Below are positions 30,305 to 39,980 of a stretch of DNA of 64,000 nt, piece after piece. Numbering within the stretch: the stretch's first letter is position 1; each line of letters begins with the position of its first letter. Both the position numbers and the translations under genes were made by a program. The stretch covers positions 202,544-266,543 of the forward strand of contig JBBFKW010000002.1 of assembly GCA_037481835.1 (NCBI GenBank). Reading direction: 5' to 3'. The notes beneath the pieces were generated by a model. It made no database searches. It saw only the letters and a program-made list of their open reading frames with translations, and was not told the DNA's origin. This stretch comes from Desulfosoma sp. (GTDB lineage: Bacteria > Desulfobacterota > Syntrophobacteria > Syntrophobacterales > DSM-9756).

Positions 30305-30715
30305 GGACGCGCCTCCCTCCTGGGGAGCGTTTTCTCCATGGAATCCAGCGGCTCCTCCATGCGGCGGCGACGGTTCTCCACGGGGGAGACTTTGTTGCCG
30401 TAAGCCACCCGGGTCTTGGCAAGGACTTGCGATTGCTCGTGAGAAACCGGCTGGAGCAAGCCCTCGAGGAAAAGGTTGTCGATATAAATGCGGACATCGT
30501 GGTGGTCGAAAGGCAAAAGCCTCGGTCCTGGGAACTCGAAGCCGGGTGCGCTGCGTCCTCAGGGACGGCATCGCCCTTCGGCTTTGCGAGCGAATCCAGC
30601 AACACCGGCCGGCGCTCCTGCAGGAACGCAAAGAATGCTTGCGCGTCCGGAATGATGGCTTCCAGAGGCCAATCCTCGAACAGGCCGTTTTGACGAAGCC
30701 CTGGATAAAGCACAC
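30305..30715 (-). pseudogene. Internal fragment of BREX-3-type PglZ, frameshifted and truncated
   Basis: Two frames give WPLEAIIPDAQAFFAFLQER and LPFDHHDVRIYIDNLFLEG, recalled from type 3 PglZ; frame switch near 30515; no intact start or end. Confidence 0.65.
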
Positions 30716-30745
30716 ATCGAGGACGGCCGGAATTTGTTGTTGGAA

Positions 30746-31608
30746 TGTGTCAATGGAAATGAGACACCTCCGGTGAAGAATTAGACTCTCAGATCATCGC
30801 TTGTCTGCTTGTTGATCCAAGCGGCGGTTGGCAAAGCCGGAGGCTGCGGGATCTTGCCTTTGAAACGGGCAGGATTGGCTTCAAAGGCAGCCTTAAGGAC
30901 CAGGCGGCGTTGATCCACCACCTGAGCCGCCAATCCATAGTGGAGCCGCTCCGGCGTGACCCGTCCCATGCCTGAGTGGCGATGTTCCTGGTTGTACCAA
31001 GTGGAAAAATCCCGGCAAAAGGATCGGGCGTCTTGGATCGAACCGAAACGTCCTGGAAACTGCGGACAATGCTTGAGGGTCTTAAAATGGGCCTCCGAAT
31101 AAGGATTGTCATTGCTCACATGGGGCCGGCCGTGGGTTTTGGCGACCCCGAGATCCGACAGCACGTGGACGAGGCACTTCGAGGTCATGGGCGAGCCCCG
31201 ATCCGCGTGAACAGTAAGCCGGCCTTCAACAATGCGCTGCTTTTGGCAGGTCTCCTCAATGAGCTTCTGTGCCAGTGCGGCGCTCTCGCGGTGAGCGACC
31301 ATCCATCCCACAACGGAGCGGCTAAAGAGGTCCATAATGACGTACAGATAGGCAGGCATCGGCTTCTTTCAGGATTCGCACCTTGTAAGCAGCATTAAGG
31401 ACTCGTCGGGGTTTCTTTTCCATCACTTCCGGATCCGGCGGATTGAGAAGTGCCCCGATGGGGGTAACTCCAGTCGCCCTACGAGTTCGTTCCGCCGCCC
31501 CCATCCCTGTGCCGTGGTCGTGATTTTGAGTGGATGCCATAGCATGTCTTCTCCTACCCGCCCTACACTCATTTAACAAGGGGCAGGTGTCTCACCGTCA
31601 TTGGCACA
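30746..31608 (-). mobile_element. IS3-family element with internal deletion (863 bp)
   Basis: Imperfect terminal inverted repeats TGTGTCAATGGAAATGAGACACCT / TGTGCCAATGACGGTGAGACACCT; orfA start (KKPRR..YKVRILKEADAC) joined to rve domain (YLYVIMDLFSR, HADRGS, NDNPYSEAHFKTLK, YNQEHRHSG). Confidence 0.88.
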
Positions 31609-31734
31609 GAGGGAGTTCCTGGTTTTGGATTCCTGGTTTTCAAAAAGGTTGTCTTGGCGGTTCATGCGAACTTCACTCCTTTTGGCTGGATAAAGGCGGA
31701 ATGAGGCCGCCTTATTACCGCCTTATTCTCCGCC

Positions 31735-33137
31735 TTATTCATCGTCACGCCTCACCAAGGACCAGGTGGCTCCCCGGCCATGCCCAGATGACGACACCAA
31801 GTCCAGCTTTTTCAGGTGCAAAAGCTCTTCGCGAAGCCTCCGGTCAGATGGCGGATTCTCCAACCTGGAACGAATCTCGCGCAGGGGGATAGACGGTTTC
31901 TTGGACAAAACGTGCAGGATCTCCCGCTGTCGCTCGGTGAGGTCATGCGCTACGCGATGCGGGGCGATGTAGCCGCTGGGTACGAAGCGCACCCAGACGC
32001 TGCCGGCCTGCTCGCCGAACTCGGGCTCGGGTGGCCGGCTTTCACACAGAGCTCAACGATCTTTTGCGTGCCACGGCCCCAGCGTTCGATGATCCCGCGA
32101 AGATAGAAGACCGTGGCGATCAGCGGATTGCGAGGCTTCGACGGGTGGTCTCTCTTGAGGTCTGCTGGGCTGAGGCCAGCGGGCAATGTTCCATCGCTCC
32201 AGATCTCCAGACGGTCGTCGTAGATTGCGAGACTCACCGCCCCGCCTGTGATGGTGTAGTCCCGGTGGCAGAAGGCATTGACCAGCGCTTCCCGAAGGGC
32301 TTCGAGCGGAAAGAGCGGCTCGTCCTCCCGTTCGAACAGGCCGGGCACGATTCGGCCCGCCACCGGAAGGTGCCGACGCAAAAACAGCATGGCCTCGTCG
32401 AGGAGGGAGAATGCGTGGCCCTCCATCTGGCGCTGGTCGAGAAATTCCGATTTGTCCACTCCGCGGAAGCGGGCCATACGTAACTGGCATTGGGGGTAAT
32501 CGGGCAGGAAGCGGGTGCCGAATAGAAGAATGGCTGCGTTGTTCAGTCGACCGTCCTTGAGCAATCCCAACCGACGCAAGATGTCGGGGATGTCGCTGCC
32601 AGTCGATTCGGGTAGGCGGCCGGCAGCGATGCCTAGGCGCACGGTGCGCAGGATTTCCTCTTGGTCGAGGTCGATCAAGCCATATCCCTCGGCTTGCAGC
32701 GTTTCCCAGCGGGCGCGGCTGTCAAGACGTTCTGCCAGAAGCCGATGGTAGGTATCCTGAGGCATCACCGATGTGGTGGGACCCACCCGTTGATAAGGCC
32801 GACCGTCAAAGACATAGGGGCGCCGGGTGGGATCCGTTTGTGCCTCCAACACCAGCACTTCCTTGCCATCACCGAGGTCGATTCGTCCCTGACGGATGTC
32901 TACCGGAGGTTCAAAACGACCCATTTGCTCGGCCATCTCCCGTAAGGTCTTATCAGAGACAGCCTGACCGCAAATTTTGCCTTCAGGGGTAACGCCGATC
33001 AAAACCTTTCCCCCGGCGCCGTTGAGCATGCCGCAAAGGGTTTCCATCGCCCGGCGAAGCTGAGCCGAGGATTTCTTGAATTCTAGAGTTTCCGATTCGC
33101 CCAGTTGGACGAGTTGTTTTAGTTCGTTCCGGTCCAC
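31735..33137 (-). pseudogene. AlbA/Schlafen + HATPase_c_4 + winged HTH protein, frameshifted
   Basis: GESETLEFK, NGAGGKVLIGV, REALVNAFCHRDY, PRNPLIA, IERWGRG; one-base loss near 32030 separates C-terminal HTH frame (31735..31992). Confidence 0.85.
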
Positions 33138-33140
33138 GGC

Positions 33141-33425
33141 CTACTCCAGCACGATTCTCCCCTTGCTTGGCTCATGACCTCGGGTGAGGTCGCTCAGGTA
33201 CTCCTCAAAGCGTTTCTTCATCTCCACCGGCGTCGCCGGTGAGCCACCCTTGAGAAGGGCTTTGCGCGGATCATCTGTCTTCGCCTCGACCTTGACCAAC
33301 CCGGAGAGCACCTCCTGCAGGGCGTGAATGAAATTCTGGTCCAGCTCGTCGGGCAGCTTCCGCTCTTTGAGGAAGACATCAACCAGTTTTCTGTGCACGG
33401 GTTTGAGCAGGTCGAGGTTGGCGCA
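33141..33425 (-). pseudogene. C-terminal remnant of large BREX-3 ATPase (BrxC/DUF6079-like)
   Basis: [15 protein letters not shown]...[18 protein letters not shown]...RIVLE recalled as the C-terminus of that family; no start or P-loop left. Confidence 0.6.
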
Positions 33426-33479
33426 AGGAGTAATGTCGGCTGGTGACCCAGTCCTCAGTCCTCGCCCCTCAGTCCTGCC

Positions 33480-33843
33480 TTTTCCGTTCCTGGCGGCAAC
33501 GACCGTCTTGTTCCGGGACAATCCCTGAAGCAGACGCAATGGATCCTGCTTCAGGTGGACAATCGAAAAGGAACTCGATGCCGTCGAGCAAAACCAGCTC
33601 GCCTCGGGCTTCACCCACGATGTCGCCCAGGAGCCGCGGCAGCTGCAGAGCCCGTTGGCGTTCGGTGAGGTCCAGCATCCGGCGAGACAGCTGGAGATTG
33701 ACGTTGACGAGCGGTGCGGACGCCCTTGCCGACACCTCATGAAGCGCGGACGTCTTCCCGCTTCCCGCCGGGCCCACCATCAGGATCAGGCGGTAATAGA
33801 GCTTGCGAGCCTCGCCGATCTTTCGCAGGACCTCATCTGCCAA
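33480..33843 (-). pseudogene. brxF: BREX-3 P-loop protein BrxF, frameshifted and truncated
   Basis: [45 protein letters not shown] then [20 protein letters not shown] in another frame (+1 near 33561). Confidence 0.75.
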
Positions 33844-34208
33844 GGGCTCCGCCGTTACTCGTTTCCTCTGTCTTTGACCCGTACCTTTCCCGGACCTCGC
33901 CCATCGGGCGCACCTTCGCCGTGTCCAAATCGACTATCCTATCTATTTCTCATATCGCTATGCGTTCCATCCCTCCGATCCCAGAAAGGCCCTCATGGGC
34001 GCATCCCCGTCGTCGCCCTGGGACATTCGGCAAACACCCTCTTTTGGGTCTTGGAATTGTCCAAGCAGAAAAGATTCACGTCCAAAGCCCCCTTCCCCCG
34101 CGGGGAAATCCGTTACGGGAACCTGCACGTCTTCCAGCAATTCAGCGCCACAGGCAGGGGAAAATCGAGGGTCATTGTTCACGCTCCTTGCCGGCTCTTT
34201 GAATCAGT

Positions 34209-35075
34209 CTATGCCATACGGGAGGGGTTTTGGGGAAGGGTGGCTTTGACCCACGAGACGACGGTGCGGAGCACTGCGGGGTGGTAGAGCATGGCCACAT
34301 GGCTCATGGGCGGAGTCCATCGGACCTGCCAGTGCGCCGCCGTCGGAAGGAGCGCCTCTTGAGGAAGCACCATGTTGTCCACCGGGGAGGCCAAGGCAAG
34401 GCAGGAAAAAGGGGGCTCGGGGGTGAGGTTTTCCAGGCTTTCCAAGTCTTCAAAAAGGCGGCTTCGGAAACCCAAGGATTTGCCCAGGCTTCCCACGGCG
34501 AACACGGCGAGGCGGCTCCCCTGATGGGGGGTTCCCAGGGTGAGGCACCCCGAAACAGTCCCTTGGCGGGCGGTCCATGCGGCATGGCGGGCAAGGAGTC
34601 CTCCCAGGCTGTGTCCCACGAGAAAAAGAGGCCGCGACGGGGCGCTCCGGTGCAGGGCTTCAATGTGGCCGCGAAGCTTTTCGGCCAGGGGAAAGAACGC
34701 TTCTCCCCGGCTGGAATAGGTCCACGGGCGGATGTCGTGGATCCCGGCCCGTTTCAAAGCGCGCTCCAAGAAGATAAAGGCGCTCTTGTTGTGATACAGC
34801 CCGTGAACGGTGACCACAATGGGATCCCGGGTGTCGGAACGTGTAGCGGCGCCTTTCCGCTTGGGAAGCCAGCCCAGGGGAAAGGTGAAGGCGGCCGTGA
34901 TCTGAGCCGCCACGGCCCAAAGAAAACCTAGAACCAGCCATGTTCTAACCCGCCCTTTGGAAAGGCTCCGAAGCTTTTCGAGGCCCGGCCCGTTTGCGGT
35001 ATCGTACCAATAGAGCGTATAGGTAGCGGCGGCAAAAAGGACGAAGAAGAACAGAAGGCCGAATGCCCACCCCAT
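34209..35075 (-). CDS. Membrane-anchored alpha/beta hydrolase (lipase/esterase-like)
   Basis: Two N-terminal TM segments, VHGL oxyanion motif, GHSLGG nucleophile elbow, LGTPHQGS, D.MV.P, SH. Confidence 0.88.
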   Translation of the reverse strand: MGWAFGLLFFFVLFAAATYTLYWYDTANGPGLEKLRSLSKGRVRTWLVLGFLWAVAAQITAAFTFPLGWLPKRKGAATRSDTRDPIVVTVHGLYHNKSAFIFLERALKRAGIHDIRPWTYSSRGEAFFPLAEKLRGHIEALHRSAPSRPLFLVGHSLGGLLARHAAWTARQGTVSGCLTLGTPHQGSRLAVFAVGSLGKSLGFRSRLFEDLESLENLTPEPPFSCLALASPVDNMVLPQEALLPTAAHWQVRWTPPMSHVAMLYHPAVLRTVVSWVKATLPQNPSRMA

Positions 35076-35770
35076 CACAAAAGCCCTCGCTTTTTCAGAA
35101 ACCCGACGACGTCCGCAAGATTCGCCACACTGCCTTCGGGTGCCGGTTTCATTCCGTTGAGGATGTCGGCGAGGAGGTCGCGTTCCCTTTCCGGGCGATG
35201 GAGAATCCACAGGCCGCGCATTCCCGAAGCCCGAGCCGGCTCTATGTCCAGTTCATAGGAATCCCCCACCATCCAACACTGTCCGAAGCCCCGCATTCGA
35301 GCGGCCTGGACCGCCTTTTCGAAGAGCGCCTCGGCGGGTTTTTTCACGCCTTCGCGGTAGCTCAAAAACCGAAAATCCGCCGACGCGTCGATGTCCGGGC
35401 ACCTTTTTTGAAATCCCAGGAAAAAGGGGTGCCAGATATTGGAAATGAGCCCTATGCCGTGGCCGGCTTCTTTCAGGAGCGAAACGAGCGCCGTAGCGCC
35501 GGGGATTTCACGGACACACTCCATTTGATCATCCCAGAGGCGCCGGATTTCGCGAAAGACCATGGCAGGGTCGTGGCGGGGAAGGACCGCCGAAACCGCC
35601 CGCCCGACCGTTTCCGGGTCCGCGGCGGGGAGGGTCATGAGGAGCTTTCCCACGGTCTTGGTCTCGTGTTCGTCCAGTTTCAAGGCGGCGCCGAGCAGCC
35701 GTCGGGGGGACGCCTCCGCCCCCGTAACCAGCGTATGCCCGATATCGAAGAAAAAAACGGTCTTTTCCAT
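35075..35770 (-). CDS. HAD-superfamily phosphatase
   Basis: FFDIGHTLV motif I, LISN, KKP, MVGDSYELDI motif IV. Confidence 0.9.
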   Translation of the reverse strand: MEKTVFFFDIGHTLVTGAEASPRRLLGAALKLDEHETKTVGKLLMTLPAADPETVGRAVSAVLPRHDPAMVFREIRRLWDDQMECVREIPGATALVSLLKEAGHGIGLISNIWHPFFLGFQKRCPDIDASADFRFLSYREGVKKPAEALFEKAVQAARMRGFGQCWMVGDSYELDIEPARASGMRGLWILHRPERERDLLADILNGMKPAPEGSVANLADVVGFLKKRGLL

Positions 35771-35790
35771 GAGGGGCGGTCTCGTTGGTT

Positions 35791-37260
35791 TTATTCCTGA
35801 ACGAAGGGCACGCCGTCCCGAAGGCAGCGTTCGGCCCGTTCCAATTGCCGGCCCAGGTACAGGGCGTGGTTGATATCCGAAAGAGCGCCGTCCCGGGCGA
35901 GTTCGTATTGAATCCGGGAGGCCTTGGCGTGCCGGTAGGTCTTGAGCGTCACGTCCCCGTAACGGTGTTCCACGATAATCGCTTCCCCATCCAGGGTAAT
36001 GCGAAAGTAGCCCATGGGATCTTCGCGATAGCGGAAAGATTTTTCGGCGGCGATGAGGGCGGCGCGATCCATTTGGCCCGGATCGATGGAAACGGACTGG
36101 CTGAAGACCGTGATGGGGCCGAGAGGCAAACCCACGGCACGGGCGACACATTCCCCCACAGCCATGAGGCCGTAAAAGTTCACAAGCCAAGCGTCCAGGG
36201 CATTATGGGTTCGAAACACGGCGGTCAGGGTCAGGGCCTTCTGAAACGTTCTAAAGAAAAGGCTCACCAGGCACGGATGGCCGGTTTCCGCCGTGAGGTC
36301 CCGCCTGGGGTCCCAGAGCACCACGTAGGCCTTGCGGTCCTGCGGGTCTTTTTTCAGCCGGTCGATGACCGCCGCAAGACCGTCCACCCCGAAATAGGCT
36401 CGGATTCGGTTTCCGTAGTTGTAGGTTTCATCGGGTTCGATGGAGCCGCTCAGGATGTCCTCCCGGTAGCGCTCCAGCCGTTCGGGTTGAAAACCGTAGC
36501 GGGAGAGCGCCTCGTTGGATACGGGTGCCGGTTTTTCCACGACGACCTTGACGTTTTGCAACTCCCGGCGCTCTCCCTTGGCGAGGGTTACGGCCACCCC
36601 GAAGCGATGGATGGTGTAAACGAGATCCTTCCATGCCTCCAGGGGATCGTCGGCGATGACGCTCAGGGCTCGAGGGTTTGAGGGGTAGCAGGAGACGTGC
36701 ACCTGGGGAAGGGGAACACTCAGGCGCCTGGCCGAAGGGGGAGGGACGGGACGATAGTTTTTGAGGAATTGAACGAGGTTGTGGGCGTCAGGATTTTCTT
36801 GTGGAGATCCGAAGAAAAGGACCTTGGGCGCCCTTTCGAAATGCTCGGGCCGCACGAGATCGTCCACTACGCGCAGGGTCCCTCGGATGCGCGCGGGGCT
36901 CGGGGTTCCGTGAGGGGTCGTTTCATAGGCGACGGGAGAACCCGGATAGGGTTCCAGGCCTTGATCGAAGAAGGCTTGCAATTCTTCCAAGGATCCGGAG
37001 CGGTTCCGGCCGTATACCACCAGGGTGTCGATCTGAGGGTTATGGAGCAGATTGCGCAACAATTCCCGGAGGCCGTTTCCGTACAAGGTGCCCACGGCGG
37101 CGATGGGGCTCGTTTCTTCATGGAGGTTCAGCCCACGGCGCCGCAGCCGTTCCAAAATCACGTCGGGACGGGACCAGAGGGTCACAAGCCCGACGGTCCC
37201 GTACGGGTTGATGACGATGAGGTTTTGGGCGCAATGGATCGGGACGAACCGGAGCTTCAT
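35791..37260 (-). CDS. Three-domain thymidylate-synthase-like protein (MtrA-like N-terminus, TS core, DUF4346-like C-terminus)
   Basis: YNYGNRIR, DRKAYVVLWDP, HPCLV catalytic Cys, FRTHN..AWLVN; N-terminal GTLYGNGL..LLRNLLHNPQI; C-terminal DPMGYFRI..HALYLGRQLERAE. Confidence 0.8.
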   Translation of the reverse strand: MKLRFVPIHCAQNLIVINPYGTVGLVTLWSRPDVILERLRRRGLNLHEETSPIAAVGTLYGNGLRELLRNLLHNPQIDTLVVYGRNRSGSLEELQAFFDQGLEPYPGSPVAYETTPHGTPSPARIRGTLRVVDDLVRPEHFERAPKVLFFGSPQENPDAHNLVQFLKNYRPVPPPSARRLSVPLPQVHVSCYPSNPRALSVIADDPLEAWKDLVYTIHRFGVAVTLAKGERRELQNVKVVVEKPAPVSNEALSRYGFQPERLERYREDILSGSIEPDETYNYGNRIRAYFGVDGLAAVIDRLKKDPQDRKAYVVLWDPRRDLTAETGHPCLVSLFFRTFQKALTLTAVFRTHNALDAWLVNFYGLMAVGECVARAVGLPLGPITVFSQSVSIDPGQMDRAALIAAEKSFRYREDPMGYFRITLDGEAIIVEHRYGDVTLKTYRHAKASRIQYELARDGALSDINHALYLGRQLERAERCLRDGVPFVQE

Positions 37261-37856
37261 GGGCGGGGGATGAAATCGGTGGCGGGGGTTCGGCGCCGGG
37301 AGGTGATGTTTCGGATGTCCGATAGGATGTAGTCGTAGGTTTCGGGCGAAATGAGGAGCCTTTCGAAAGTTTCGATCCCGGCTTCTCGAACGGCTTCTTG
37401 CCAAAAGCGATCCCTTTCGGGAGACGCCGAATCGTAGCTTTGTTCGTAGTACACGGCTCGGATCCGTGCGGTGGCGATGAGTTTCAAGCACACGTAACAG
37501 GGAGCCAAGGTCGTGTACAGGGTCGCCCCTTCGACGGAAATGCCGTATCGGGCCGCCTGGGCGATGGCGTTGGCTTCGGCGTGGCTGGCTTTGCAAAAGT
37601 TGTATTTGTCCACGTCGGGAACGCCGAGGCTCCGCCGGTAGCAGTAGGGCCGGCCGTCGTCCATGTCAGGCTGGTCGATGCAGTGGGGGGCCCCGGGCAT
37701 GGCGCCGTTATAGCCCGTGGAGAGGATATGGTTGTCCTTGACGATGACGGCGCCTGTCGGCCTGGAATTGCAGGTGGATCGGGTGCTCACGATCTTGGCG
37801 ATGAGCATGAAGTATTCGTGCCAGCTGGGGCGTTGTCGGGCCATGGCGTTCGTCAC
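37257..37856 (-). CDS. dCMP deaminase/ComEB family zinc deaminase
   Basis: RPSWHEYFM, RSTC, STGYNG, HAEANAI and PCYVC zinc motifs. Confidence 0.93.
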   Translation of the reverse strand: MTNAMARQRPSWHEYFMLIAKIVSTRSTCNSRPTGAVIVKDNHILSTGYNGAMPGAPHCIDQPDMDDGRPYCYRRSLGVPDVDKYNFCKASHAEANAIAQAARYGISVEGATLYTTLAPCYVCLKLIATARIRAVYYEQSYDSASPERDRFWQEAVREAGIETFERLLISPETYDYILSDIRNITSRRRTPATDFIPRP

Positions 37857-38863
37857 GAACCGTTTTCGGTTTTTTCATGGTACAGGAAGCACCGCACGAA
37901 CCGGTCCCGCCCGTACGGTTCCAAGGATGGCACAAAACGCCGGCACGTGTCCATGGCCTTGGGGCATCTGGGATGGAAGTGGCATCCTTCGGGCGGATGC
38001 AGGGGGCTCGGAAGGTCGCCCGTGAGGCCTTTTCGCGCCTTCTTGCGGTCCGGGTCGGGAAAGGGGGCGGCTTCCAGGAGGGCCTGCGTGTAAGGGTGCA
38101 GGGGGTCGTTGTAGAGGGTTTTCTTGTCGGCCGATTCCACGATACGGCCGAGATACATCACGGCCACGCGGTCGCTGATGTGGCGGACCACCGAGAGATC
38201 GTGGGAGACGAACAGATAGGTCAGGCCGAACTGTTCCTGGAGGTCCATGAGCAGGTTGATGACCTGGGCCTGGATGGAAACATCCAGAGCCGAAACGGGT
38301 TCATCACAAATGATGAGTTCCGGCTGAAGGGCCAGGGCTCTCGCGATGCCGATCCGCTGTCTTTGGCCCCCACTGAATTCATGGGGATAGCGGTTGATCT
38401 GTTCGGGTCTGAGTCCGACGACTTCCATGAGGTGGCGGACCCGTTCCTGCCGTTCCGCCGGCGAACCCACCTTGTGGATGACCAGTCCTTCGCCGATGAT
38501 GCGCCCGACGGTTTGGCGTGGATTCAAGCTGGCGTAGGGGTCTTGAAAAATGATTTGCATGCGGCGCCGAAGGGGACGCATTTGGGCTCGGTTCAATGCC
38601 ACGATGTCCAGGCCGGAAAAGACAATGGATCCCGCCGTGGGTTTTTCCAGCTGCAGGATGACCCGGCCCAGGGTGGATTTCCCGCAACCGCTTTCCCCGA
38701 CCAAGCCGACGGTTTCTCCTCTGAGAACGGACAGGGTCACCCCGTCCACGGCCTTCACCGTGCCCACCCGGCGGCGGAAGACGCCTCCCGTGACCGGGTA
38801 ATGTTTTTTTACGTTCTTGAGGGTGACGAGCGGTTCCATGGATTTGGATTTGGCGGGTTCCAT
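37853..38863 (-). CDS. dppF: Dipeptide/oligopeptide ABC ATPase (DppF-like)
   Basis: [47 protein letters not shown]. Confidence 0.9.
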   Translation of the reverse strand: MEPAKSKSMEPLVTLKNVKKHYPVTGGVFRRRVGTVKAVDGVTLSVLRGETVGLVGESGCGKSTLGRVILQLEKPTAGSIVFSGLDIVALNRAQMRPLRRRMQIIFQDPYASLNPRQTVGRIIGEGLVIHKVGSPAERQERVRHLMEVVGLRPEQINRYPHEFSGGQRQRIGIARALALQPELIICDEPVSALDVSIQAQVINLLMDLQEQFGLTYLFVSHDLSVVRHISDRVAVMYLGRIVESADKKTLYNDPLHPYTQALLEAAPFPDPDRKKARKGLTGDLPSPLHPPEGCHFHPRCPKAMDTCRRFVPSLEPYGRDRFVRCFLYHEKTENGS

Positions 38864-38969
38864 CGGTTTGTGCCTGTTTTGGGTTTTTGTTTCGCCCTTT
38901 CGGAGCTTTGGTTAGATCAAGGGGCCCCTTGACCCGGGGCTTGGCCCCGGGCTGTTTTCCTTGGCCTTT

Positions 38970-39965
38970 TCAGGGCCCAGGGCCTTCGGCCGGGGGCGCT
39001 GCATGAAGCCAGCAGCGCACGCTGTGTCCCGGCTGGAGCGCCGTCAGCGGCGGCTCTTCTTCATGGCAGCGGGGCATGACGAAGCTACACCGGTCGTTGA
39101 ACTTGCAGCCCACCGGCAAGGCGAGCAGGCTGGGCACAACGCCTGGGATGGCTTCCAGCCGGCGCTTTTCTTCGTGCACCAAGGTCGGGATGGACCGCAA
39201 GAGTCCCTGGGTGTACGGGTGCATGGGGTGATGGAACAGTTCGCGCACGGGAGCCTCTTCCACGACGCGCCCGGCGTACATGACCACCACGTGCTCGGCC
39301 GTTTCCGCCACGACCCCCAGATCGTGCGTGATCAAAAGCACGGCGGTGCCCGTGGTGCGACGCAGTTCATCCATGAGTTCCAGGATTTGGGCCTGGATGG
39401 TCACATCCAGCGCCGTTGTGGGCTCATCGGCGATGAGCAGGCGCGGGCTGCAGGCCAGGGCCATGGCGATCATGACGCGCTGGCGCATGCCGCCGCTCAT
39501 CTGGTGCGGATAGTCCCGAATGCGCGTCTCCGGTGACGGGATGCCCACCATGCGAAGAAGATCCACGGCCCGGTCCAGGGCTTCCTTGCGGGAAAGTTTC
39601 TCATGCAGTTCCAAGACTTCGGCGATCTGATCCCCGACCCGAAACACGGGATTGAGAGATGTCATGGGTTCCTGGAAGATCATGGAAATCTTGTTTCCGC
39701 GAACATGGCGCATCTCACTTTCCGAGAGACCAAGAAGGTCCGTGCCGTCGAAAAGGATGCGCCCGGAGGCGATCTTTCCCGGCGGAACGGGGATGAGCCG
39801 CATGATGGACAGAGCCGTCACGCTCTTGCCGCAGCCGGATTCCCCCACCAGGGCGAGGGTTTTCCCCGCGTCTACGGAAAAGCTCACATCGTCGACGGCT
39901 TTCACCGTGCCGCGGTCCGTGTGGAAGTACGTCGCAAGGTGTTCGACCTGGAGCAGAGGCGCCAT
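38970..39965 (-). CDS. dppD: Dipeptide/oligopeptide ABC ATPase (DppD-like)
   Basis: [39 protein letters not shown]. Confidence 0.9.
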   Translation of the reverse strand: MAPLLQVEHLATYFHTDRGTVKAVDDVSFSVDAGKTLALVGESGCGKSVTALSIMRLIPVPPGKIASGRILFDGTDLLGLSESEMRHVRGNKISMIFQEPMTSLNPVFRVGDQIAEVLELHEKLSRKEALDRAVDLLRMVGIPSPETRIRDYPHQMSGGMRQRVMIAMALACSPRLLIADEPTTALDVTIQAQILELMDELRRTTGTAVLLITHDLGVVAETAEHVVVMYAGRVVEEAPVRELFHHPMHPYTQGLLRSIPTLVHEEKRRLEAIPGVVPSLLALPVGCKFNDRCSFVMPRCHEEEPPLTALQPGHSVRCWLHAAPPAEGPGP

Positions 39966-39980
39966 GGAAAGGGTCCTTTG

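Noticed and set aside
33958..34182. 74-aa minus-strand ORF between the hydrolase and brxF
   Set aside because: No recognisable motif; cannot be told from a chance ORF or decayed sequence.
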